This document shows positions 1 to 8,604 of a DNA stretch of 64,000 nt, one piece after another (position 1 is the stretch's first letter; the number at the start of each line of letters is the position of its first letter). The notes under the pieces were generated by a model. That model was not told where the DNA came from and made no database searches. It saw only the letters and a program-made list of their open reading frames with translations. The stretch spans positions 15,054 to 79,053 of the forward strand of contig JBGQBE010000009.1 in assembly GCA_041494685.1 (NCBI GenBank), read 5' to 3'. This DNA is from Dehalococcoidia bacterium (GTDB lineage Bacteria; Chloroflexota; Dehalococcoidia; DSTF01; JACRBR01). The translations under genes were made by a program, and so were the position numbers.

Positions 1-1
1 G

Positions 2-226
2 TCGCCGGACGAGGCGGGCGGCACCGCCGCGTCGGCGCACCGCGTGGCCGCGTCGCTGGCGTGCCACGCCGCCGTGCGCGCCGGCATGCCGATGGCCGAG
101 ACCGAGCAGCGCGAACTGCTGCGGCAGCTCGAGGCGTGCGTGGCGCCGCGCACCTGCCCGCATGGCCGCCCGACGATGGTGCACCTCGCCGCCGACGCCA
201 TCGCCCGCGAATTCAAGCGTACGTAG
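2..226 (+). CDS. mutL: DNA mismatch repair protein MutL, C-terminal fragment (gene starts before window)
   Basis: ACHAAVRAG...CPHGRP...REFKR motifs of the MutL endonuclease C-terminal domain. Confidence 0.92.
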   Translation, partial: SPDEAGGTAASAHRVAASLACHAAVRAGMPMAETEQRELLRQLEACVAPRTCPHGRPTMVHLAADAIAREFKRT

Positions 227-243
227 CCCGTGCGGAGAACACA

Positions 244-270
244 AACGGGACGCCGACTCGGCGCCCCGTT
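244..270. terminator. Hairpin between convergent genes, probable terminator
   Basis: AACGGGACGCCGA / TCGGCGCCCCGTT inverted repeat, one mismatch. Confidence 0.55.
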
Positions 271-310
271 CTCAATTGTCCTTACCAGTTGCCGGTTACC
301 GGCGCCCGGA

Positions 311-1105
311 TCAGGGCGGTCCCGTGAAGATGATGGTGAAGTACTTCATGCCGGCGCCATCGATCACGAGCGCGATGCCCAAGTCGGTGAAGTTCGGGTT
401 GAGGATGTTCTCGCGGTGCGGCGGGCTGTTCCACAGCGCGTTCTCCGCGATCGACTCGGTCTGCGAGTCGGGGTAGTTGTTCTTGGCCAGGTTCTCGCCC
501 GCCCAGCCGTAGGGCACGCCGTGCTTGTCCATCAGGGCGAACGCCGTGTCGCCGGTGACCGGGCTGACATGGGCGAAGTAGTTGTGGTCGGCCATGTCCT
601 GCGAGCGGATACGCGCGATGCCGATCAGGTAGCCGTTCACCCGCAGAGCGGCGAGGCCGTTGTCGACGCGGCGCTTGTTCGTGTCGTCGAAGAGCCTCTG
701 TGAATACGCGTCCATCGGCGACGTGTCGAGCCCCGACGGTGAGAAGTTCGATGGCTCCGGCGTCGGCGGCGCTGCCGGTGCGCCCGAACTGCGCGTCGTC
801 GGGCGCGGCGTCGCGGTGGACGGCACAGCGGTATCCGTCGGCGTGGGTGTCGCCGTGGAGGTGGGCGTCGGCGTCTCCGTCGGCGTCGGCGCCGCGTGTC
901 CGTCGCCGTACGGCAAGCGGGCGGGCGCGCTCACGCCCGAAAGCGTGCCGCCGCCGGCGGCCGCGGAGTTGGCGTTTACGGCGGCGTAGATGATGAACGC
1001 GCCGAGCGCGGCGCAGGTGACAGCCGCGGCGGCCCGCGCCGCGAGAGAGCCGCGAGACGTGGACAGGATGCGGCGCAGGGCGGACGGGCGAGTTTCGTCC
1101 GGCAT
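311..1105 (-). CDS. CAP (SCP) domain protein with N-terminal TM anchor and Pro/Thr linker
   Basis: ARIRSQDMADHNYFAH, AGENLA, WNSPPHRENIL motifs; GGGGGA RBS before ATG 1105. Confidence 0.9.
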   Translation of the reverse strand: MPDETRPSALRRILSTSRGSLAARAAAAVTCAALGAFIIYAAVNANSAAAGGGTLSGVSAPARLPYGDGHAAPTPTETPTPTSTATPTPTDTAVPSTATPRPTTRSSGAPAAPPTPEPSNFSPSGLDTSPMDAYSQRLFDDTNKRRVDNGLAALRVNGYLIGIARIRSQDMADHNYFAHVSPVTGDTAFALMDKHGVPYGWAGENLAKNNYPDSQTESIAENALWNSPPHRENILNPNFTDLGIALVIDGAGMKYFTIIFTGPP

Positions 1106-1161
1106 ACAGGTCCCCCAGTAGGTGCAGTCCCGTAAGGGATGAGAGCTTCCAACCAGGTGAA

Positions 1162-1189
1162 TGGTCGGCACCCTTAAGGGAGCGCTTGA
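1162..1189 (-). promoter_or_regulatory. sigma-28/WhiG-like promoter for the CAP gene
   Basis: TCAA-N16-GCCGACCA on minus strand; same pattern recurs upstream of Tad-locus genes. Confidence 0.55.
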
Positions 1190-1422
1190 GGGCCGGGGAA
1201 TCTGAATTCCGTGACTTTTGGCGGAGGCGAAGCTGCGGCCCTACTCCCTGATAGGGCCGTAGGGGGCGGAAGCGGGAGGCGAGGCGCGGGCTGGGGGCGG
1301 GCCGGGGTGTCGCCCTGCGCATGCTGCGCGCTCCGGTGATCCCCGCCCGCTTCTCGCCTCTGGCAGCGGCGCTTGCTAGAGTGGCGTCAGCCCCGTTTCG
1401 ACACAAAAGAGGAGCCCCAACC

Positions 1423-2850
1423 GTGCCCCAAGGCAGCTTCGCCGCGCTCGACTACATGTTTCACCCGCGCTCTGTCGCCGTCGTCGGCGCATCCACCCAC
1501 GACGGGCCAGGCTCGTTCATCGGGGCCATCAAGGAGATGGGGTTCAAGGGCGACCTCTACCCCGTCAACCCGAAGGCCGAAGAGATCGCCGGGCTCAAGT
1601 GCTATCCGCGGCTGACGGACATCCCCGGCCACGTCGACCACGTGATCTCCAGCGTGCCGCTCCGCTTCGTCGAGCAACTGGTGGAGGACTGTGGCGTCAA
1701 GCAGGTGAAGGTCATCCACTTCTTCACCGCCGGCTTCAGCGAGACCGGCGACGCGGACGCCGCGGCGCTGGAAGCGCGCGTCCTCGCCCGCACGAAGGAG
1801 ATGGGGATCCGGGTGATCGGCCCGAACTGCATGGGGCTGTACGCCCCGGCGTCCGGGCTGTCGTTCATGCCGTCCCTGCCGACGGAGCCGGGGCCGGTCG
1901 CGATGCTCTCGCAGAGCGGCGCGAACGCGGGCGAGTTCTGCCGCACCGCCGCGCCGCGCGGGCTGCGCTACAGCAAGGTCGTCAGCTACGGAAACGGCAC
2001 GGACGTGCGGGAATCGGAGTTGCTGGAGTACGTGGCGGAGGACCCCGAGACGGAGGTCGTCGCCTGCTACGTGGAGGGCATCCGCGATGGGGCGCACTTC
2101 ATGCGCGCGCTGCGCAAGGCGGCCGCGGCCAAGCCGGTGGTGATCCTGAAGGGCGGCCGCACCGAAGCGGGGACGCGCGCCGTCAACTCGCACACGGGCA
2201 GTCTGGCCGGCTCACTGCAGATCTTCGACGCGGCCGTGCGGCAGGCCGGTGCGATGCGCGTCGACCGCATGGAGGAACTGGTAGACAGCGCCGTGGCGTT
2301 CCGCTACGTCCGGGACCTCGCCGGACCGCGCGCCGGCATCGTGGGCGGTGGCGGCGGCTACAGCGTGCTGGCGTCGGACGAAGTGGGCGCGTCGGGCCTG
2401 GAGATGCCCGTGCTGCCGCCGGAGATCCAGCAGAAGCTGCACGACTTCACGCCGACCGCCGGCACGAGCGTGCGCAACCCGGTCGATACCAGCGTGGGCT
2501 GGGGCCCCGACGGCCTGAAGCCGATGCTCGACACGATCCGCATCGTCTCGGAAGCGCCGAACATCGACTACATCCTCTATCACACGAGCTGGGCGTGGGG
2601 GCCGACGCGCGCGGAGGGCCCGCAGATCAATGAACTCGCGACGGAGAGCGCCACGAAGCTGGGCGAGCTGTCACGCGAGACCGGCAAGCCGATCATCTGC
2701 GTGACGCGCATCCCGACGTCCGACGTGGGCATGGCGGGCACGCTCACGTTCCAGTCGGAAGCGGCGGCGCGCGGGCTGGCGACGTTCAACAGCGTGCAGT
2801 CGGCAACGCTGGCGATCCAGCGGCTGCTGGCGTGGGGGCGGAACAGGTAG
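1423..2850 (+). CDS. Acetate/acyl-CoA ligase (ADP-forming) alpha-type subunit, CoA-binding protein
   Basis: FHPRSVAVVGAS, VIGPNCMG, SQSG, LKGGRT..G.RAVNSHTGSLAG (phospho-His), NPVD. Confidence 0.9.
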   Translation: MPQGSFAALDYMFHPRSVAVVGASTHDGPGSFIGAIKEMGFKGDLYPVNPKAEEIAGLKCYPRLTDIPGHVDHVISSVPLRFVEQLVEDCGVKQVKVIHFFTAGFSETGDADAAALEARVLARTKEMGIRVIGPNCMGLYAPASGLSFMPSLPTEPGPVAMLSQSGANAGEFCRTAAPRGLRYSKVVSYGNGTDVRESELLEYVAEDPETEVVACYVEGIRDGAHFMRALRKAAAAKPVVILKGGRTEAGTRAVNSHTGSLAGSLQIFDAAVRQAGAMRVDRMEELVDSAVAFRYVRDLAGPRAGIVGGGGGYSVLASDEVGASGLEMPVLPPEIQQKLHDFTPTAGTSVRNPVDTSVGWGPDGLKPMLDTIRIVSEAPNIDYILYHTSWAWGPTRAEGPQINELATESATKLGELSRETGKPIICVTRIPTSDVGMAGTLTFQSEAAARGLATFNSVQSATLAIQRLLAWGRNR

Positions 2851-2856
2851 GCAGGC

Positions 2857-4266
2857 TCAGGCCGCCAGCCCGCCGAACTGCGCCGCCGAGTTGTTCCCCT
2901 GGAGCGATACGAAGTAGGAGTGGCAGGCCGCGTCGAGGTGTCGCCGCGTGAACGACGGCGGCTCGCCGTGGTAGCTGCAGATGTCGACGACGAGTTCGAC
3001 GATGTCGCGCGGGTGGCAGCCCTTGAACCCGCGGTCCATGCGCTCGTAGTAATGCTCGACCAGGTAGAGCGCCGCCTGCGGATCGAGCGCGATCTCCCGC
3101 TGCTGACAGATACGCGCCAGGATCTCCAGGAACTGTTCGCGCGACGGATCCGGGATCTCGATCTTGTGACGGATGCGGCGGAAGAACGCCTCGTCGCCAA
3201 GCTGCGACGGCTCCAGATTCGTGGAGAAGATGAGCAAGACATCGAACGGCACTTCGACCACGTCGCCCGTGTGCAGTGAGAGGTGGTCGACGCGTTCCTC
3301 CATCGGCACGATCCAGCGATTGAGCAGTTCTTTCGGCTGGATCATCTGGCGTCCGAAGTCATCGACAATGAGAATGCCGCTGTTCGCTTTCCACTGCAAC
3401 GGCGCGATGTAGAACTGCGACTGCGGGGAGTAGCGGAGTTCCAGATCCTTCAATGTCAGCTCGCCGCCCGCGGTGATCATCGGGCGCCGCGCGATGACCC
3501 AGCGGCGGTCGCGCCGGCGCTCCGGGCCGCCGTAGCTCCGGTCCGCGGCGCGGCGCTCCATCTGCTTCTCCGGCGAGATCTCGTCGTGGACGCGCGGGTC
3601 GAACACCTTGACGATGACGCCATTGAGGTCGATCGCATACGGAATCAGCGCTTCGCCCGGCAGCATGCGGCCGATGGCGTGCGTGATCGTGCTCTTGCCG
3701 TTGCCGGAGCCGCCGTAGAGCAGCATCGTCCGTCCCGAGTTCACGGCGGGACCGAGCGCCGCCGACACCGCGCCGTCCAGGACGAGGTCCGTGAGCGCCT
3801 CATCCACGCCCTCCGGCGTGATGCGCACGTTGCGGATCGACTGGCGCTGCAGCACGCCCAGATACGCGTCGAACGACACGGGCGCCGGGCCGAGGTAGTG
3901 GTTGCGGCTCAGCGCCTCCTCGGCCTTCTCCAGCCCCTTGCCGGTCAGCGTGTACTGATAGAGCTGCTCGCCCATGCCGGAGCTGCCGACGATCTCCGCC
4001 AGTTGCTCCCGTTTCATGAACGCGAGGACTTCATCGACCACCGAGAACGCGAGGGCGAGCTGCCCGGCGATCTGGCGCCCGGAGGGCCGGCCGGCGAAGT
4101 AGATCGACTTCACGACGAGGTCGAGGATCAAGGAGAAGTCGAGGCCGGTCTCTTCGATCGTTTGCGGTTGTGGCACGAACGGCGCTGCCTCGCCGCCGTT
4201 GTCGCTGGCTTCGTTGCGCGCGGGCGCCTGCGACAGGTCCGGCCGGCTGCCGGTCTCGGTCGTCAT
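2857..4266 (-). CDS. AAA+ family ATPase
   Basis: Walker A GGSGNGKST, Walker B ILIVDDFGRQ, LLNRWIVP, FSTNL, DEAFFRRI. Confidence 0.85.
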   Translation of the reverse strand: MTTETGSRPDLSQAPARNEASDNGGEAAPFVPQPQTIEETGLDFSLILDLVVKSIYFAGRPSGRQIAGQLALAFSVVDEVLAFMKREQLAEIVGSSGMGEQLYQYTLTGKGLEKAEEALSRNHYLGPAPVSFDAYLGVLQRQSIRNVRITPEGVDEALTDLVLDGAVSAALGPAVNSGRTMLLYGGSGNGKSTITHAIGRMLPGEALIPYAIDLNGVIVKVFDPRVHDEISPEKQMERRAADRSYGGPERRRDRRWVIARRPMITAGGELTLKDLELRYSPQSQFYIAPLQWKANSGILIVDDFGRQMIQPKELLNRWIVPMEERVDHLSLHTGDVVEVPFDVLLIFSTNLEPSQLGDEAFFRRIRHKIEIPDPSREQFLEILARICQQREIALDPQAALYLVEHYYERMDRGFKGCHPRDIVELVVDICSYHGEPPSFTRRHLDAACHSYFVSLQGNNSAAQFGGLAA

Positions 4267-4386
4267 GCCGGGCTCTCGAAGCTGTGTGAGATGCTCAACT
4301 GTGCCCCTGCGCTGATCCGGATGTGCCGGCTTACGGTCGCGCGGAGACGGAACGAGCGTAGGCTCCCCCCGAATCCTCCGTAGGGA

Positions 4387-4413
4387 ATATCGGCCGGGGC
4401 GGCGAAAGCTGCA
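4387..4413 (-). promoter_or_regulatory. sigma-28-like promoter for the AAA ATPase gene
   Basis: TGCA-N15-GCCGATAT on minus strand; strong -10, weak -35. Confidence 0.5.
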
Positions 4414-4845
4414 CGGCAGCAGACCGCGTGGTAAGGCGTAGAGGTGAGTTCATGAGGAAGATGAGGGTGACGGGTTGGGGCCAGGGGACGCTCGCCAGGC
4501 CCCGCCTCCTGAACGCGCATCCCCTGGGCCCGTAGCCCCATTGGTAGGGCTTCCGCATCGGGGCGGAAGCGGCATCGCGCGGCACAGCGCGCGGGTCCAA
4601 AATCTCGGACTTGCGAGCCCTGCGTCCCTGCGCGGCGCGCGTGGCCGCTCAGAGCGGCCGGTCAAATGTCGATACTGCTACAGGACAACCCGGACGGGTC
4701 CACCCGGCGTCCATGCGGCCGCCGCCGTCGAGGTGGCACGATCTTGCCATCGTGCCCGCCGGCTGTCAAGGGGTCAGGCCGGCTAACTTTACAGGCAAAT
4801 CGCGGCACGGGGCGGCGATGTCTTCCGGCCAGAGAGCCGGCACAG

Positions 4846-6732
4846 ATGGATGCGATGTTTTTGACGATGTGGTCGTTGCGGTTCAAGATAGCCTTGATCG
4901 CCGCCTGCGCGCTTGCGGCGACGCTCTCGTTGGCGCACGCGCAGCAGCCTTCGGCGCTCCGTGCGGACATCGTCCAGGTGAACGACGGCGACTACCCCTA
5001 CGCGCACGCCCTCGTCAACCTCGACGCCGAGGGGGCGTCGCCGGATGGCCTGACGGCGAAGAACTTCACCGCAACGGTCGATGGCAAGCCGGCGAGCGTA
5101 ACGTCGGCGGAGCTGGCGGTGAGCCAGAACCTGCCGCTGGACGTGCTGTTTGTCATGGACGTGAGCGGCAGCATGTCGGGCGAGCCCATCGCGCGGGCAA
5201 AGGACGCGGCGAAGGGCTTCCTGGCCGGACTCGCGCCGGCCGACCGCGTCGCGATCGAGCAGTTCTCTGACGACGTGCAACTGGTGCTGGATTACACGAC
5301 GGACCGCGGCGCTGCCTCCGCCGCGATCGACGGCCTCCGCGCCGGCGGCAACACGGCCCTGTACGACGCCACGGACGAGGCGGTGAAGAAGATCGCGGCA
5401 TCGCCCGCCGCACGCAAAGCCGTGATCCTGCTAAGCGATGGCGCGCAGGACGGCGTTACGCTCGCCACCACGCGCGAGCAGGCGCTCGCCGCCGCTGGCT
5501 CCGCCAACGCTCCGATCTTCACGGTTGGCGAGGGAAGGGACATCGACCGCGACTACCTGCAGCGATTGGCGCAGGCGTCGAAGGGGCGGTATCTGGAGGC
5601 GCCGGATCCGCGGGATCTGACCTCACTGTACGACGGCATCAGCAAGCTGCTACGCAGCCAGTACGTTGTGACGTTCGACGCGTCCGCCGTCGCGGCCACG
5701 GGATCGCCGATCGCGATCTCGCTGCAGACCGACGCCGGCGGCGCGACCGCGTCGGCGCCTTACAAGCCGGGCGCGGGCTTCGCGCCACCGCCGATCACCG
5801 CCGGCGGCCTGCAAGGCGGCGAAACGGTGACGGACGCGCGCGTCGTCACGGTGGACGCGGGCGGGCGCCAGGCGACGAAGGTGGCGTTCTACGTCGACGG
5901 CGTGAACGTCTACGAGACGGCGACGCAGCCCTACACCTACACCTTCGATCCGCGGTCGTTCGCACGCGGCGCGCACACGCTCAAGGTCATCGCTTCGTTT
6001 GGCTCGCGCTCCAGCGATGTGAGCGTCGCGTTCTCGTCGGCGCCCGCGGCCGTCACGCCGTCTGGCGGGGGCGGGTCGATGCTGCCGATCGCGCTGGGCG
6101 CGCTCGGTGGCCTGGTGCTGGCCATTGTGGTCTTCGTCGGGCTGCGCATCCGCGTCGCCCGGCGCGGCGAAGCCCCGAGCACGGACCGCGTCGTGCCGTG
6201 GGCGACCTCCGCCGTCCCGCGACCGCCCGTCGAGGAACCGGGCGAGGCCGAGCAGTCGGAGCCCGTCGGCGAGCCGCTGGGCGTCCTGATCTCGCGCGCC
6301 GGCTCGGACATCGGGGCGGAGTACACGGTGGGGGGCAGCCCGATCGGCGTCGGCTCGGGCGCGCTCTGCGGCGTCCGCGTCGACGATCCGTCGCTGGCCT
6401 CAGAGGAGGCACGCGTGTGGGTCCGCAACGGGCACCTGATGGTCCACCGTGTGACACGGTTGACCTCGATGGTGAACGACGGGACGATGGGCGGCTGGAT
6501 GATTCTGGAGCCTGGTGACACGCTGGAGATCGGGCAACACCGCTTCGAATTCAGGCTCGTGGCGGCGCAGGCCGCGGCCGCCGAGAGCGAGGCCGTACCG
6601 GACGTGCTCCGCGACCCCGAGGCGCCCCGGCAGCAGTCGCCGCAGCCCCGACCGCAAGAACCGCCGCCGCCGCGCTACGCGGCCCTCTCGGAGCTGATGC
6701 CCAAGAACGACTGGGGCGTCAACCCGGACTGA
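4846..6732 (+). CDS. Membrane-spanning protein: signal peptide, VWA domain, Ig-like domain, TM helix, cytoplasmic FHA-like domain
   Basis: MIDAS motif DVSGSM, GNTALYDA, ILLSDG; TM LPIALGALGGLVLAIVVFVGL; FHA-like end LEPGDTLEIGQHRFEF; start may be 4867. Confidence 0.85.
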   Translation: MDAMFLTMWSLRFKIALIAACALAATLSLAHAQQPSALRADIVQVNDGDYPYAHALVNLDAEGASPDGLTAKNFTATVDGKPASVTSAELAVSQNLPLDVLFVMDVSGSMSGEPIARAKDAAKGFLAGLAPADRVAIEQFSDDVQLVLDYTTDRGAASAAIDGLRAGGNTALYDATDEAVKKIAASPAARKAVILLSDGAQDGVTLATTREQALAAAGSANAPIFTVGEGRDIDRDYLQRLAQASKGRYLEAPDPRDLTSLYDGISKLLRSQYVVTFDASAVAATGSPIAISLQTDAGGATASAPYKPGAGFAPPPITAGGLQGGETVTDARVVTVDAGGRQATKVAFYVDGVNVYETATQPYTYTFDPRSFARGAHTLKVIASFGSRSSDVSVAFSSAPAAVTPSGGGGSMLPIALGALGGLVLAIVVFVGLRIRVARRGEAPSTDRVVPWATSAVPRPPVEEPGEAEQSEPVGEPLGVLISRAGSDIGAEYTVGGSPIGVGSGALCGVRVDDPSLASEEARVWVRNGHLMVHRVTRLTSMVNDGTMGGWMILEPGDTLEIGQHRFEFRLVAAQAAAAESEAVPDVLRDPEAPRQQSPQPRPQEPPPPRYAALSELMPKNDWGVNPD

Positions 6733-6798
6733 TGCCGGTTGCCTCAGCGCGGGCGCAGGTAAGTTCAACACTTCCCTCAGGGAATACCCGCGAACCCC

Positions 6799-6826
6799 TC
6801 AAGCACGCCCCTCATCCTGCCGATCC
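6799..6826 (+). promoter_or_regulatory. sigma-28-like promoter for the ECF sigma gene
   Basis: TCAA-N16-GCCGATCC. Confidence 0.55.
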
Positions 6827-6930
6827 TCACTGGGACGTAGGTGACTGCACCTAGGGAGACGCGCCATGTGGCGGCGTACCCGGTCCCCGTCGGTTGGCGG
6901 ACCTTCCGTAGCAGGGGAGTGGCACACCGC

Positions 6931-7506
6931 ATGGTCAGCGTGAACAGCGCGGTCCCGCGTGCAAACGACGATACGCCCCTGGTGCTCAGGGCGATCCAGA
7001 AGGATCAGGAGGCGTTTGGCGAGCTGTACGACAGGCACGTCGTCCGGGTGTACCGCCACATCTATTACATGGTGGGCAACGCCGCCGAGGCCGAAGATCT
7101 GACGGCACAGGCGTTCATGCGCGCCTGGGAGGCGATCGACCGCTACCAGGTGCGAGGAGCGCCGTTCGTATCGTGGCTGCTCCGCATCGCCCACAACCTC
7201 GGCGTCAGCCACCTCCGCTCGAAGCGGGAGTCGTCGCAGCTGCACGACGGCATCGTGGACGACAAGTTCCGGCGTTCCCCGGAGTCCGCCTACGAGCGGA
7301 CGGCGGAAGAGGAACTGGTGCGCGAGGCCATCTCGCGGCTCCGCGACGAACAGCGTCAGGTGATCATCCTCCGCTTTATTGAGGATTTGGATTATCGGGA
7401 AGTGGCCGAGATTATCGGTAAGAGCGTGGCTGCGATCAGGGTCATACAGCATCGTGCGCTCAATTCACTGCGGAAGCAGATGAAGCTGCTGGATCCCGCC
7501 ACCTGA
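6931..7506 (+). CDS. ECF-type RNA polymerase sigma-70 family factor
   Basis: Region 2 (AFGELYDRH, AEDLTAQAFMRAW, SWLLRIAHN) and region 4 (QRQVIILRFIEDLDYREVAEIIG). Confidence 0.92.
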   Translation: MVSVNSAVPRANDDTPLVLRAIQKDQEAFGELYDRHVVRVYRHIYYMVGNAAEAEDLTAQAFMRAWEAIDRYQVRGAPFVSWLLRIAHNLGVSHLRSKRESSQLHDGIVDDKFRRSPESAYERTAEEELVREAISRLRDEQRQVIILRFIEDLDYREVAEIIGKSVAAIRVIQHRALNSLRKQMKLLDPAT

Positions 7507-7606
7507 GCTGCCGGGGGCGCAGGCGGGTGGTCCGTCGGCACGCGGTTTCATGAGGGAATACCCCCGGTTCGGACGCTGGATTGTGAATCATCACATCCGG
7601 TGCACG

Positions 7607-7633
7607 TAAAGCGGCACTCCGGGAAGCCGATAC
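7607..7633 (+). promoter_or_regulatory. sigma-28-like promoter of the cpaB-tadC operon
   Basis: TAAA-N15-GCCGATAC, near-consensus FliA/SigD/WhiG promoter. Confidence 0.7.
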
Positions 7634-7684
7634 CTATACAGCCGAGTGGCCCGACGGGCCGAATCAGGACATGGGAGATTTGCC

Positions 7685-8548
7685 ATGGCACGAACGGTGA
7701 CAGCTAACGGTGGCAGGACGAACCGCAAGTTTCTGATCGTGGCGGTGCTCTTCGGCGCCCTCACGGCGGTCCTGTTCTACGCGATGACGTCGAACCGCGG
7801 CAGCTCGTCCGCGTCGGCGCCCGCGGCCGGCGACCAGCAGGTCGTCGTCGCGAAGCTGCCGATCAAGCAGCGGACGACGGTGACAGCCGACATGCTCGAA
7901 CTGAAGAGCGTGCCGCTGAACACGGTGATCACCGGCGCGTACACGAACATCGCCGACGCCGTGGGTAAGGTGACGAAGTTCCCGGTGGAGGCGAACCAGC
8001 AGGTTGTGGCTGCCGGTGTCGTCGACACCGCCCACCCGCTTGGCGGCGTGGCGCTGGCCGAAGTGGTGCCCACCGGGCGCCGCGCGATGTCGATCCAGGC
8101 ATCGCAGGTGTTGAGCGCCGGCGGACTCGTCCTGCCGGGCGACTTCGTCGACATCGTCTGGGCGTGGCCGAAGGATTCGTCGGTGTTCAGCAAGACAATC
8201 CTGCGAAACGTACAAGTCGCCGCCGTGGCCCAGAACATCGTGACCTCCGGCCCCGTGACCTCTGGCTCAAGTGCCAGCGGCGGCGCCGCGGGCGCCGGCC
8301 AGGCGCCGGTCGCGGCGGAGGCCAGCAAGCCGGCTCCGGACGCGGTGACGCTGACGTTGCTGCTGACGCCCGAGGAGTCTCAGCAGATCTTCCTGGCCGA
8401 GCAGAACGGCACCCTGCGCGCCGACCTGCGCAGCGTCGGGGACCAGGACACGCCGGACTCCGGCCTGACGAAGATCACGCAGCTCGTTCCCATCGACCTG
8501 CTCAAGGATCTGCCCGAGCCGGTCAAGCCGCCGCTGCTGAAGCAGTAA
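7685..8548 (+). CDS. cpaB: Flp pilus assembly protein CpaB/RcpC
   Basis: N-terminal TM, SAF domain (VVVAK..I), GRRAMSI, GLVLPGDFVDIV, ILRNVQVAAV. Confidence 0.9.
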   Translation: MARTVTANGGRTNRKFLIVAVLFGALTAVLFYAMTSNRGSSSASAPAAGDQQVVVAKLPIKQRTTVTADMLELKSVPLNTVITGAYTNIADAVGKVTKFPVEANQQVVAAGVVDTAHPLGGVALAEVVPTGRRAMSIQASQVLSAGGLVLPGDFVDIVWAWPKDSSVFSKTILRNVQVAAVAQNIVTSGPVTSGSSASGGAAGAGQAPVAAEASKPAPDAVTLTLLLTPEESQQIFLAEQNGTLRADLRSVGDQDTPDSGLTKITQLVPIDLLKDLPEPVKPPLLKQ

Positions 8549-8604
8549 CAGGATCGACCCGGCCGGACGAACTGATACCGAACGCCGCGTAGGAGACGTA
8601 GTCC

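Noticed and set aside
830-900. Short tandem repeats in the CAP gene (also 44200-44570, 50100-50430)
   Set aside because: Explained by Pro/Thr/Ala linker coding
1106-1320. c-di-AMP or other riboswitch before the CAP gene
   Set aside because: Hairpins are present but I could not find the conserved aptamer motifs; promoter motifs explain the region
282-1406. Long alternative ORFs (e.g. 282-1406, 3283-4383, 11274-12575, 30971-33007, 49465-50883, 54790-56025)
   Set aside because: Arg/Ala/Pro-rich shadow frames overlapping well-supported genes, expected in high-GC DNA
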